A stretch of DNA of 64,000 nucleotides from Octopus bimaculoides (Eukaryota): contig NC_068984.1 in NCBI RefSeq assembly GCF_001194135.2, positions 32,608,253 to 32,672,252 of the forward strand. The letters are read 5' to 3'. Shown one piece after another: positions 52,514-64,000 of the stretch. Each line of letters starts with the position of its first letter. Positions within the stretch are counted from its first letter, which is position 1. The position numbers and the translations under genes were made by a program. A model generated the notes under the pieces. That model was not told the origin of the DNA. It worked only from the letters and a program-made list of their open reading frames with translations, and did not search any database.

Positions 52514-53487
52514 TATACCTATTACTATTATAATAGGAAAGATGTAAGTCATTTGCATTAATCGAGTGACCCAATTACACTTAAACTGTGAGATTTTATT
52601 TATTGGTTTTTGCATAAATGATTTATTTGGGTAAACAGTTCACTTAGATGTGTGAAGTTAGATTTATATTTAATATGTGTGTGTATGTGCATATGTATAT
52701 ACATATAAATATATGTATGTGTACGTGTATAACTATCATAATATTAATATCATAGTAATGGAAGCTGTCACATTAAGGGAAATAATTCAAAGTAAAAGTG
52801 GTTACTGTGTCGACAAAGAACGTGAGAGTGAGAGAGGGTGGAGAAAGAGAGAGGGGGAAAGAGAGAGAGAGGGGGAGGAAGAGAGAGATAGAGAAGAAAT
52901 AATTTGAGTTATACTAAGTGCGTTACTGTCGAGTACACGTTTGGCTTACAGCTAGCAGAAAAAGAACGCTGACGTAAAAATCACACACATAGATACGTAC
53001 GTACATGCACAAACACAACTTCGTGTGAGTCAATGTGTTTGTCCCTGTGTGCATTCGATATGTTAAGAACTGAAATAGTTTGTCGAGAGGTAATTATATT
53101 GGCAGGATTCGGCGGTGGTCGTCGTACGCAGTAGCAATAAAATGTTGAAAATACTGACTAACTTAATGCATCTGCGTTAGTGCAGTTAATTGTCTGCAAA
53201 AATTATCTCCATAGATTTCAACTTTCAAAAAGTTGTATAGCGAATTCATAGACAATGAATCAATGAATTTAGAGTCAATATTATATATATATATATATAT
53301 ACAATATTTATTTCACCAGGTGCACCATAACAAATGAATAGAAAAAGAAGGAAAAGCAGTCTGAGCGAATGGAAGACTACAGACCATTCCAAAGATAAAA
53401 AAATGGCTCCCTACTTTATGGAGAAGGATTCTACATGAAAATGTTCCTTTATCGAGGACCAATATTCTTCATTCATATAAAGAAATA

Positions 53488-53539
<52 letters not shown>

Positions 53540-53549
<10 letters not shown>

Positions 53550-54800
53550 GTTCCTGATGGTAACCACTTTACCTTAAAATTGATTGCCAGCAGTGTATTG
53601 GCTGCTCAGAACATACAAGAAAATAGGCCAGCTCACGTTTCAAAATACCTATAGACAATTTGAGGATTCTGTATATCAAATATGAAAGTTCACTCAAAAG
53701 ACTGATCCACCAAAACAAACTCGTTATTTGGGATGAAATATTTAATGCACATAGATACAATGTTGAAAGTAAAGTGAAATTTAGGTGGCCTAAGGAATTC
53801 AGAGGAACTCTAGAGTGAAAAGCTGTTCTTTATGGTGGTGCCCCAAGACGAGCTCTACCAATAGTGAAAAAGAGCCGACCAATTACAATTCATGAAGCCC
53901 TGTATTTAAATGTCCCCTTTGCGTGCTAGACATTCGGTAACACAAACACTTAATGAACACAAGAACTGATAAACAGGTCACTGAGGCCTCGATATTATCA
54001 TCAAAGAAAGGCGACGAGCTGGTACAGTCGTTAGCACGCTGGACGAGAGGCTTAGCGGTATTTCGCCCGTCGCAACGTTCTGAGTTCAAATTCCGTTGAG
54101 GTTGACTTTGCCTCTCATCCTTTCGGGGTTGATAAATTAAGTAGCAGTGAAATTCTGGGGTCGATATAATCGACTAGTCCCCTCCCACAAAACTTCGGGC
54201 CTTGTGCCTATAATAGAAAGGATATTATCAGCAAAGAAACTTTCCCAAGCATTTATAATGGTTGTAAATGAAATTTAAACCTTATGAAAGGAACAGTCTA
54301 TGCACCATTAAAAACAGATGTACATGAACTAAACAGACTACTTTGAACAATTTCCAAGTGACTCAAAAGTGTATACTTTTGCTAAATCAGTACTAGAAGA
54401 CGAACACAAACGTGTAATACTAACAGAATTTCTCAATGACGAAAAAATCATCCGGCCTACCCGACCGTAACCTGGTGCTAAAAATTGAATAAACCTATTA
54501 TTCTCTCACGTAATTTGTGAACAAGTTCAACGTAGTGTCTCCGAGAGAGGGCAAGAACGGCTATCCAGTTGATGAAAAGGATCATTGAATGTGAAATCTT
54601 AGTCATAACTATGAAAGGTCTCAGGTTTGACTAACCGGGACAGAGACAATGAATTTGCTTTCACTTTCTTCAAAAAGCATTTCTATCTAGACTGCTTTTG
54701 CGTGACGATAAACGAAACTGAAGAAATGTATGAGAATTTACATACCGATGACTGTTTTGTCTATGACCAGCGATGCGCTACATTGCGGCGGGCAAACGAT
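53540..54800 (+). pseudogene. Older Helitron PIF1-type helicase remnant, interrupted by a SINE
   Basis: LIASSVLAAQNIQENRPAH (consensus ASSGIAA.L..GRTAH), LVIWDEIFNAHRY (Walker B), AVLYGGAPRRALPIV (GGDFRQ.LPV), MKRIIECEIL and FAFTFFKKHF..CFCVTINE. Confidence 0.78.
54010..54220 (+). mobile_element. Full-length, CpG-rich tRNA-derived SINE with 19-bp TSD
   Basis: Head GGCGACGAGCTGGTACAGTCGTTAGC and B-box GTTCAAATTC. TSD GATATTATCAKCAAAGAAA at 53991-54009 and 54221-54239 (one mismatch). Confidence 0.93.
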
Positions 54801-55594
54801 ATTCCAGTTCCAAAATATTTGTTGAAAGCAATACTGGTGAATCCAAAGAAAACATTGAACAGATATCTACTATAGGCAAATATAGTTTACTGACGCATAT
54901 TTGCCCAGTTTTCAAATAACTGAGATTATCTTCCGGAAATTTTGATAGTAAATGTTTATACTTCGCATTGTCATATCGCATTTAGTTTTAGATTTAAATT
55001 AATACAATTGGAAAAACTTTCCCAGCTATCTTCACGATGAACACGGGAAAAATGCACAATGGCAATACGAGTCTGCATCTTATCATAATTGTATCTAAAT
55101 CGCGCAAACATTTTGGAATAGTAACAACTAGTTCGTAACAGACAAACAAAATTTGTTTCCAGAAAAATCAGCAAGATCTAAAGAATCGATAATACTTAAT
55201 TTTCTAATTTTCAACAGCACAAATTCTAATATACTTGCAGACTGTATGTATTATCTTAATATATATATATATATATANNNNNNNNNNNNNNNNNNNNNNN
55301 NNNNNNNNNNNNNNNNNNNNNNNNNNNNNNNNNNNNNNNNNNNNNNNNNNNATATATTATAGATGAGAGACAGATATTCTCTGTATAAAATACACTTCGT
55401 AGTGCTCAAGAGGTTTAAACTTGAGCAGGTAGAGGAGTAAATGTAAGGATAAGCAAGTTAGGCAAGGCGATATATAAACAATATTAAATACATTTAATAC
55501 TCCAAAATGTACATATGCTTACACATAAACAGGTCAGAATTACACATGATAGAAATTATATCAAGAATTAAAAGGACGAATAAAAGTTTTACAA

Positions 55595-55688
55595 GTCTAA
55601 CAGCTGTTTCTGAGGTCTTGGTGGTTCCAAATATGATTGTAAATTCATTCCATCATCGGATAATACCAGCCTCCGTCTTCAGGGAAGA
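55595..55688 (-). ncRNA. Hammerhead-like motif with a long stem II loop
   Basis: Minus strand reads CTGAAGA C GGAGG...(about 50 nt)...CCTC A GAAAC AGCT GTT AGAC, with a palindromic stem III ACAGCTGT. Stem I register is imperfect. Confidence 0.35.
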
Positions 55689-56949
55689 CGTTTTGCGTAT
55701 GAGGTTTTGAGAGAAAGGAGATTAAAGATAGAATGATTTGGCGGAGAACTAAGTGTATTAGAAGTTGGGAGGTATTTAGATAGAGAGTAGTGGGTGGAGA
55801 AAATGAATTTCAGGGTTAGGGGTTATTAATGAGGCTACTAGGATATATTTTAAAGATTAAACCGTAACAGGTATTTTGTCACATGTGGACATGATCCCAA
55901 AAGTTCAGTTCTTGAATTTTGGCATGTAGCGTGGACCAAGGAACTTTTCCAGATGAGCCATCTTTCCATATTACAAAGATTGCTCTTGCCAATACTGTTG
56001 GTATAAGGTTTACATACGAATATATACATATACATATACATACATACATACATACATAAAATATAAATAATACATACAACTATAAATAAGTTGAATTTAA
56101 AGCTAAAAAATTAAGGCTCAGAAAGTAGGCGTTAAACGCAGTATCCAAACCTTGTTTCAGAGTAAGTTCCAGGCAGTATTTCTAGGAACACGTTCAGGAG
56201 TGAGTAAATATTGTAGATATAACCTGCAAGAACCCAGTTGTGTGAGCGATTGTGTACGTACGTCGTCCAAACGTGCAAGAATGATGCTATTCTGCGATTA
56301 TCACTGCTTGAGCAAACAATAACAAAATTTACATTCGATTTGGATTTATGAATCGCTTATTTGGCAAACAGTGAAACCTTGGTGACAGAAAAAGCATGTA
56401 GGCGTAAAATCCTGTCTCAAGAGAATTCCTTTTGCAATCCATGCAAGCGTGAGTAGACCCATACTAAACAAATAGATAATATAAGAATCGCCTACATTGG
56501 CAAATAGTAGCAAAAGTAATCACAAGTTAAATTATTTTGTTATGCAGACGAAGAAAATCTAGCATTGCAAGTGGAAACTTTAGTTGATGAAGATGGAATG
56601 TTCGCTGACCAGTAACATTGAAAATATATATTAATCTCTATCTGTCTATCCCAACGATTTGCTTGCATTCCAACAAAAGGTTATGTTTGAAAGTTAACTC
56701 CCTTGTCTTCCATCAGTGTGTGTGTGCGTGTGTGTGTGTGTGTGATATGTGTATGATATTATGTAAGGTAATTAAATCAAAAGTTTCACAGCCACATTTT
56801 CTTCTGGTCACCAACATTTGCTTATTTTTCAATGAAGGAAATTCATTCCAGAGTAATGTGAAATCACAGAGCTAGTGGGCGATTTACTGACAGGAACTGC
56901 GCTCACGTATATTATATCATATTATATTATATTATATTATTATAGTACA

Positions 56950-57290
56950 TTAGTCGCGTTTGTTTGTTTGTTTGTTCGTTTGTCCGTGGGCAAGATATCC
57001 CAAGAACCGCTGGATGGATTCTGATGAAATTTTCAGTGATGCTTGGCCTCGTAACTGGCATGAACTGATTAGATTTTGGGATCGATCCAGTACCAGACAA
57101 GGATTCTGGACTATTTTTTCTGTTCTTTTACTTAATTTTTGTGAGCGGTCGGGATCATTTTTAGTATTCTCGTTTCTGAGAGCCGTCGAGTTTATTTCAG
57201 ATATATTCATTTTTAAAATCATCTCAGACTAATCGTTGAGAACACGTTGGTGTTGCCTTGGCGGAGGTTTGGCTCTCTAAGTGATCTTGT
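56950..57290 (+). mobile_element. HINE/DINE-like element, 3' part
   Basis: (GTTT)n, CAAGATATCCCAAGAACCGCTGGATGGATT; ends CCTTGGCGGAGGTTTGGCTCTCTAAGTG (subterminal IR plus stem-loop remnant). Confidence 0.65.
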
Positions 57291-57730
57291 TATATCATGA
57301 TATACTGCATCTCAAGGACCATAAGAGTATGAATGACAGTAATGATCACTTTAAGTTATACATCAAAACTAGATAGGAAGAGGAAGATACACTGATATAT
57401 ACAAGAATAAAAGACCGACACAGCAGTATATGTGGGACTGGGGATTAAAGTTATTGTGAAAGGGGCTATGGTACTGTTAGTGGTGTTGAAAATTGAAGAA
57501 AATGAGAAGCGGTTAACGAGGTTGCATTTAAAATTTTAACAGTAGCCCCCTGACGGGATGATAGTTGTCATCATGGTGCAGATGTTGTTGAGGATGGCGA
57601 AGAAAGCATAGGTAATCATAGCGATGATTGATGAAATTGAAGATGGTGAAGTATGTATTGAACTGGAAGGTGAAGCTGGTGTCATAGTATAAATGGAGGA
57701 GATGGAGATATGTCTATATAAACGAACTTA

Positions 57731-57776
57731 CGCCTCAGTCGAGGATCGAAACCGGATAATCTGCTTAGAAGGCAAA
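57731..57776 (-). pseudogene. Decayed 3' half of a tRNA-Gly(TCC)-like sequence
   Basis: TTGCCTTCTAAGCAG ATTATCCGGTTTCGATCCTCG resembles the tRNA-Gly anticodon arm CTGCCTTCCAAGCAG and T-arm CCGGGTTCGATTCCCGG. There is no 5' half. Confidence 0.4.
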
Positions 57777-59277
57777 TCTATTTTTTTATGTTGCTGCTGG
57801 ACCAGCTAGCTGGCTATGATGTCTTCTTAGTTTATGGATCATCATCTTTTATCCAATAATTTTTTTTTTTTTTGATTGTGTATACATCCAAAATATATAC
57901 ATCTTACTCGTTCATATCGATAAGGTTGCAAACTGCCGTTCCTAGAAAATAAAGTCCAGCATTACAAACATATTCCCGGTATTGGTGTTTATCTCATAAG
58001 CTTGCAGTACAAAACAGAAATCCTCTATGAATGTAGTATAGTTTGGAAGAGGATATAGAAACAATACTGCCGTAGAGGATATGGATTAGGATTTGGTATT
58101 ATCAGACGAAAAGAGTTATAGAGTATATTCACTTATAGGCATTTAGTGTTTTTATTTGAGTTTAAACACTTTAGTTTCGCAGCCTGTCATGGCCTAGCCC
58201 TTAAATTTCCTTAGAAACTGGGTATTGTTAACAAGGTCCTGTTTTTCTTAGCGAGTAATGGGTTACACTTGTTTAAATTAAAATGTTTGTATTTTCTTTG
58301 TTAGAATAGTGCATTAAAAACTAGGGTGGCTCATCCTAGATTACATTACATAATCTCCTGGTTTTAGTTACTGGGCAGCGGTCTTGCAAGGTAAAATAAT
58401 CTCTCTACATTACTAAAGATTATGATTTTCATTTCTTTTTCTTCTATTTCGAACTACTTACTTTGAATTTCCAGTTGATTTAAGGATAATCAAAACATTA
58501 CGACTTCTGTCTGCCATGCCAGTTGTCATTGAAAATACTGTTCCTAATCGTCACTTTCTCTCATCACTTCTTCTTAAGTGACTGAACGAATTTTCATTGT
58601 TTATCTCCGAATCACCAATTGTCAAATTCGTCATTAAACCACTGTAATTTGAATAATATCATTGTGAAACAAACATTCATTTTATGAAATATTATTGTGT
58701 AGATCTTTAAAGAATGGCAAGATAATGTGCCAAAATTAATCACATATGACAAATGTTATTATGGAATTTATCTAAAAGTATTAAATGGACAATATAAGAT
58801 AATGTGGGTAACTATGACTTATAAAGAATAATATTATTATTATAAATATCATTAAGATGGGCACAAATCCAGAAAATTGAAATGGGAATATTAGTCACTT
58901 AAGCCATCTTCAGATTATCTCTGATATTTTATTTTATCGACCCTTTCAAAGCTGAATGTAGAAGTTGAACCTGAGAGTATTTTGAACAGGAAAGGTAAAA
59001 AACCGAAATGAATATTGCATGACATTATGACCATGCTCTAACGACTCTGGCACGCAAACACACTGGTTTTAACATAAGCACAATGCCACAAATTTGTGGC
59101 GATTGGTTAATCGATGAAATAGACTCCTGTAGTTGAGTCATTCTTTATTATGTCAAACTCAACAGAATGAAAACATAGTTTACCCGAGCAAGCAAGATTT
59201 GAGCTCAGAAGGTAAACAGCAGCTACTAAATATTGCAAGGCATTTTGTCGAACTCTGCAACGAGTCATACTATCCAA

Positions 59278-59296
59278 CTTACTACTACTACTACTG

Positions 59297-59364
<68 letters not shown>

Positions 59365-59365
59365 G
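59278..59365. repeat. (TAC)n microsatellite
   Basis: Direct reading. Confidence 0.98.
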
Positions 59366-60000
59366 TCTTGTCGGAGCATAAACAGCCACCAGTCTGAGAG
59401 CATCCCGTCATTATTGTTCACACTCAAGACCACCAGCTTACCTTCTCGGTCCATGAAGATGATGTTTGTCTTGAGCTCCAGACCTTTTCGGAACAACATC
59501 ACAGTTCCCCACCACCACCATTACTAGTTAACATGGAGACAAGTAAATTTCGTATCTACCGACAATGAAAATGAACACTTGTCAATTGGAAAGTCTGGTC
59601 TCACTGATTGCAATGACATCTATAATTAGTGACATGAGGTCAATGAGTAGGCAGCCCTGTTTCCAAGATGACTCCAGGCTGCGTGTATTGATGCTGCCTA
59701 TTCTGCGCAAGGCCATGTTTGTCAGAGAGGAGAGCGAAGTGAATCACTTGCCCTATTTTCGTGGAGAGACAGGTGTTTTGTCCTTCTGGCTATTTGTGGG
59801 TGTCTCCAAAAGCATTTCCTTCTACATACGGTCCCGCAGAAATCTTCCATTCCTTTAGGGATATTATACTTTCAGTTTGTCGTAAGTTTGTTTCATTGTT
59901 TCTATGTTTTTTTACGTGAACAGGGGTGTTATGCAGGGATGCGATGTTTTCATTTAGAATAATGCTTGTGTACTTTTGAATATGTACTGTTGAATTCATC
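59366..60000 (-). pseudogene. Tx1/L1-like LINE fragment: probable ORF1 tail and ORF2 APE endonuclease N-terminus
   Basis: ATG at 59716: MALRRIGSINTRSL...IDVIAISETRL, then VMLFRKGL, DREGKLVVL and LRLVAVYAPT. Two stops and frameshifts. Confidence 0.85.
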
Positions 60001-63000
60001 AAGTTCTTGCATGGTTGTGAAAGAGAAAATTAGACTGAACGGGATTTGAGTTCAGAATGTAAAGAGTCTAAGCAAATAAGGAAAGACATTTTGTCGAATG
60101 CCCTGATGTTTCAAGTAAATCACTCACCTATAGAGATGGACTATAATTCAGTGATAGACAACATTATAAGTTTGGGCCCTAGAGAGAGGTGTCTGTTGTG
60201 ATATTTTTCATATTGCATTGCTTTGTTTTCATTTTAAGGTTGCGAGTTAAAATAATTAAAGATAGTAAGTGTATGGTTTTGATATTAAAAAAGACAATGC
60301 ATATTTATAAGCTGCAATGATTCGATATTCATTGTGTTTTAAAAATAACAATTCCGTACTTTTTAAAAAATTGAATGAAAAAAACGAAACTGTACTGATT
60401 TCAAAACTATATCTTCCTTGTGTTTTAATTTTGAAAAGGAAATATCAATTATGTACTTCTTTATAAAAATGTATTAATTTTAAAGATGAAATGATCATGT
60501 AGAATCAATTTAAAATTATTTAGGACGTACTCTACTCTGAGTTCGCAATTGAAACGTCACTACAATAAAATCGCCATCTAAGTATAACCTTTAACGAATA
60601 CAGATCGCTAAGCGATATGATGCTGGAATCGACGAAGTCATGTTTTCAACGGTGTATATTCGTTGAGTATTTTGATTCAATGTTGTTTCGTTTGCGTACA
60701 TCGATTTTTCCATTCGGACCAGTGGCTACTTACATTATCAAGAATTGTATTATTTACTGTTTCCTATGTATCGATGGAGACAGATTTCGTCTCAGCAGAT
60801 AACCAGTGAATAGATGTCATTGATAAAAGAAGTCCGAATTTCACCTGGATTTCTTGTGAATCACTGCCGGGACAATTTTTCCTCTCATTCACATTTACAC
60901 TGTGTTTTTATCACAGCAAAGCCATGAACATGAAGAGATTTTCTCTTGAACGAATATCTAATGCATCATACGTCTGTATGGTGAATATTCGTTACGTATG
61001 AGAAACACATAGAACGCAGTTACATTTAGTATGTACCGGGGGCCATTTATTATGCTTTCACTTTTCCTAACATGACGAAGTCTTGACACACAAGATAAAT
61101 TATCAGATTGCTTAACTACAAACCATTTGAATAGCTACATCAGTACGAAAGCTAACACAAACAGCGAGTAAAACGATAAATACCACAAGTGTTACGACAA
61201 CAAAAATAACAAATGTAATGTTAGGAGCTTAAACGGAATGAAAATTGGTTGCATAATATATATTAAACTAAACAGATGTTTGGAAGCAATTTGATAATAG
61301 AGCTTTCAAAATAACTCAATAAATGAAATATCAGGTGTCAGATATTTCTACTAATAGTAATTCCACTGCATAGTATATGTACGTATGTATGCATGTGTCT
61401 GTGTGCGTTGTGTGTTGTGTGTTGTGTGCGTGTGTGTGTGTGCATATATATATATATATATCGATATATACACACACACATATATATATACATACACATT
61501 AGATACATACATTTATATATATACTTATATATATATATAAGTTAAAAACGTATGCACAAACGAACGGGAAACAGACAGAGAATAGCAAGTTGAAAAACAT
61601 AGTAAATACACAGAGGAACGGAAAACAGATACAGAAGATCCTCAACTTCTCATCAGTTATCGGCCAGAGAATCAAACGTAATTTCGTGTCTTTAACGATA
61701 ATATTGATTTCCTTCAGGTGTCAACCGGCAAGAACTGCCAGGAAAAGGGACTGAAACAAAGCAGAAAGGGAACAGACAAACAATAAATGGTCAAACAAGC
61801 AATACAAAAGGTGGGTATATGAAAATGAATAAATGTAATTCAAAACAAGACCGTTAGTAGACAGGTGGTGGTCAAAAACGAATTAAATAAACAAACAGAA
61901 TATGAAGACGTAGTATGGGTAACGCAAAGAGGCAAATTTTAAAGGATTAGAATTTGACAGCGAAACTGGTTGAAGTGGAGACTAGAGAAACTACATATAT
62001 ATGCTAAGATAATATTGCCTCAGCCGTTACACGCCAAAGTTGATGCAAACACAAAGTTAGTCATCACCTTACACCTCAACCGTTATCTACCGACATCCTA
62101 CCAGCTGTCCGCTGTAGGAATCCTACCTCTCTCAGTCTGTGGTCTGTAGTTTCATCTTCATATCATTCATGACATCATTGACATTACACGGTCCTGAGAG
62201 TCAATAAATTTAAGAAAGTATACGCCCAATAGATGCATTCCTTCGGGTGTAGGTTCAAGGAAAATTCTACCTCCTTGTTACACTATATCGGGAGACCCCA
62301 GAACTATCAAAACAATGTCCCAAATATTGCAAGGAGATTTTTGACAGGCGTTCTGTTTATTCACATGTAGGTCGTAAATGCCTCTGTGTAAAACTGCTCA
62401 TTCTATACCAACCCACAGTATCCATCAATAAGAAAAAAATACCCACAGAGATATACCGTGTCAGTAAACGTCAAGCCATTGACTCAAGGCCTTACTGGCA
62501 CAAGCAATGGTAAAGTATATAAATTCTGGTCTCTGTAGAGAATTAAGGTCTATTATTCATGTCGGTTGCGTAAATTCATGTAAACTGATACATCAAATCT
62601 GTTTCCCCCTAGTGGGATAACTGTTGTTCCTAAAGTATTATGACCTACAAAATCTCGACTAACAGATCAAGATAACTTGTCTGCACTACCACGTGTAGTA
62701 TCCAATCTAAAGTGTAGTTGTGGCTAAAATACAGAATGTTGAGAAATTGATACCATCAACTCTGTTCTACCACGTGGAACTACCAATAAAATAACTGATG
62801 GTGCTATGGTCTGAAATGAGTAATGGTGGCCGAAGAATAATTTTTATGAAAGACATTTAAATTTCTTTTCAATTTTTTGCACTCTGGTTCCAAACATTTG
62901 ATAATGCAGAAATGTCCTACGCCCTCGAAGTTTTAATTAATCTGGACCTGACTCAAACTCTTATCAAATACGTAAGACATGCAACTGTAACCCTGTGTGC

Positions 63001-63443
63001 TGAGTGCTACTTTCTGCCCTTTATTCACTGACTTATGTGCGTATGTATGTGTGTGTATATACAGACGTATATATACACACACACACAAACACACATATAT
63101 ATAGACACACGCACACANNNNNNNNNNTTGTGTATGTGAGAGTTGTGTGTGCATGTGTGTATATATATATATATATATGTACATACTTTGATGCTTTGAT
63201 AGGTTTCGGCCAGTATTGGCCCAGACCATGTCTAAATTAATAGCACCACCTGGCGAAATCATTCAAAGGAGGAATCGGACAACATATATACGAATGACTG
63301 GACAAACGAAAGAAAAATACACTCAATACAATTAATATGAGTTACATTTATTACCATTTTGAACAGTTTGATTAATCACTTTTTTTAGAAATAATACATT
63401 TCTAAATCTCTCAGAGAGATTTATGCAGTAGTGATACGATGTA

Positions 63444-63677
63444 GTAGTTTTATACTGTCAACTTAATGCGACAGTTCTCTGAAGGGAATAATACTACTGT
63501 TGGTTAGACCTAGGAAGCTTCACCGCTTCCTGTCGGCCTTGACACATTTCCTGTGTCCTTATGTATACAGGAAATGTGTCAAGGCCGACAAGAAGTGGTG
63601 CAGCTTCCTAGGTCTCACCAACAGTAGTATTATTCCCTTCAGGGCACTGTCATATTAAGTTGACAGCATACAACTAC
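63444..63677. repeat. Long palindrome: 111-bp arms (10 mismatches by hand alignment) with a 12-bp loop
   Basis: 63444-63554 versus the reverse complement of 63567-63677. Confidence 0.93.
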
Positions 63678-63686
63678 TTGATTAAC

Positions 63687-63724
63687 CTCCTTAAAGTTTT
63701 GCAGGCTCCTTAAAGTTTTGCAGG
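63687..63724. repeat. Exact 19-bp tandem duplication CTCCTTAAAGTTTTGCAGG
   Basis: Direct reading. Confidence 0.95.
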
Positions 63725-63853
63725 CTACTTACAAGCACTCATTCAGGATCAGTTAACTGATCTTGAATGAGTTAGGTTTCTATATGAAGCTTGGGAAACT
63801 ATCTCATGATGCCGAATCAAACTGTCTTAAATAATAATAGTAATATTAATAAT

Positions 63854-63908
<55 letters not shown>

Positions 63909-64000
63909 GTGCTCATGGGAACTGCCCATATCCTACGTAAAATACTGTCTATGTGATCTCAAATTTTAAAACAAACACATAATTTTCGTATGGTTTCTTA

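Larger units (their letters stand above)
7252..63127. other. Nine assembly gaps: 7252-7261, 23742-23889, 29164-29969, 42587-43402, 45297-45920, 46905-47228, 51194-51676, 55278-55351, 63118-63127
   Basis: N runs; all but 51194-51676 abut dinucleotide microsatellites. Confidence 0.97.

Noticed and set aside
59278-59400. Tx1 fragment adjoining (TAC)n as evidence of microsatellite targeting
   Set aside because: The junction is inside the endonuclease region, not at the element's 3' end, so it says nothing about target site choice.
60776-60800. Minus-strand CTGCTGA GAC GAAA TCT GTC hammerhead-like string
   Set aside because: Stem II is only 1 bp and there is no stem I pairing.
61630-61656. Minus-strand CTGATGA GAAG...CTTC
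   Set aside because: The first core half and stem II are canonical, but GAAA is absent after the stem.
62100-62820. Possible Gypsy integrase or GIY-YIG remnant
   Set aside because: Only scattered 3-4 residue resemblances in different frames; not supportable.
63199-63230. Minus-strand GGCCA ATAC TGGCC GAAAC
   Set aside because: Stem II and GAAAC are present, but there is no CUGANGA upstream.

Overview
AT-rich, repeat-saturated eukaryotic DNA with nine assembly gaps. The SINE, microsatellite and Penelope-tail repertoire looks like an Octopus-type cephalopod; this is an inference from recalled repeat families, not a database hit. I can support no intact host protein-coding gene, rRNA, true tRNA or CRISPR array. 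Most listed ORFs are microsatellite or N-run artefacts. The interpretable coding remnants are all decayed transposons: Tc1 (DD34E), several mariners, a split hAT, two Helitron PIF1-helicase fragments, a Penelope-like RT/GIY-YIG element, two R4/Dong-like RLE LINE 3' ends, a Tx1/L1-like endonuclease start and a Gypsy integrase tail. There are also at least three tRNA-derived SINE families, three copies with clear target-site duplications. The most interesting signals are four. (1) Type I hammerhead-ribozyme-like motifs occur in several unrelated repeat tails, including a TSD-flanked fold-back insert that joins a Pol III B-box head to two inverted hammerhead-bearing tails. (2) There is a dense set of long fold-back structures. 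(3) A perfect 38-bp inverted repeat with a nested hairpin looks like a template-switch scar. (4) CpG content shifts from depleted to retained at about 22-25 kb.
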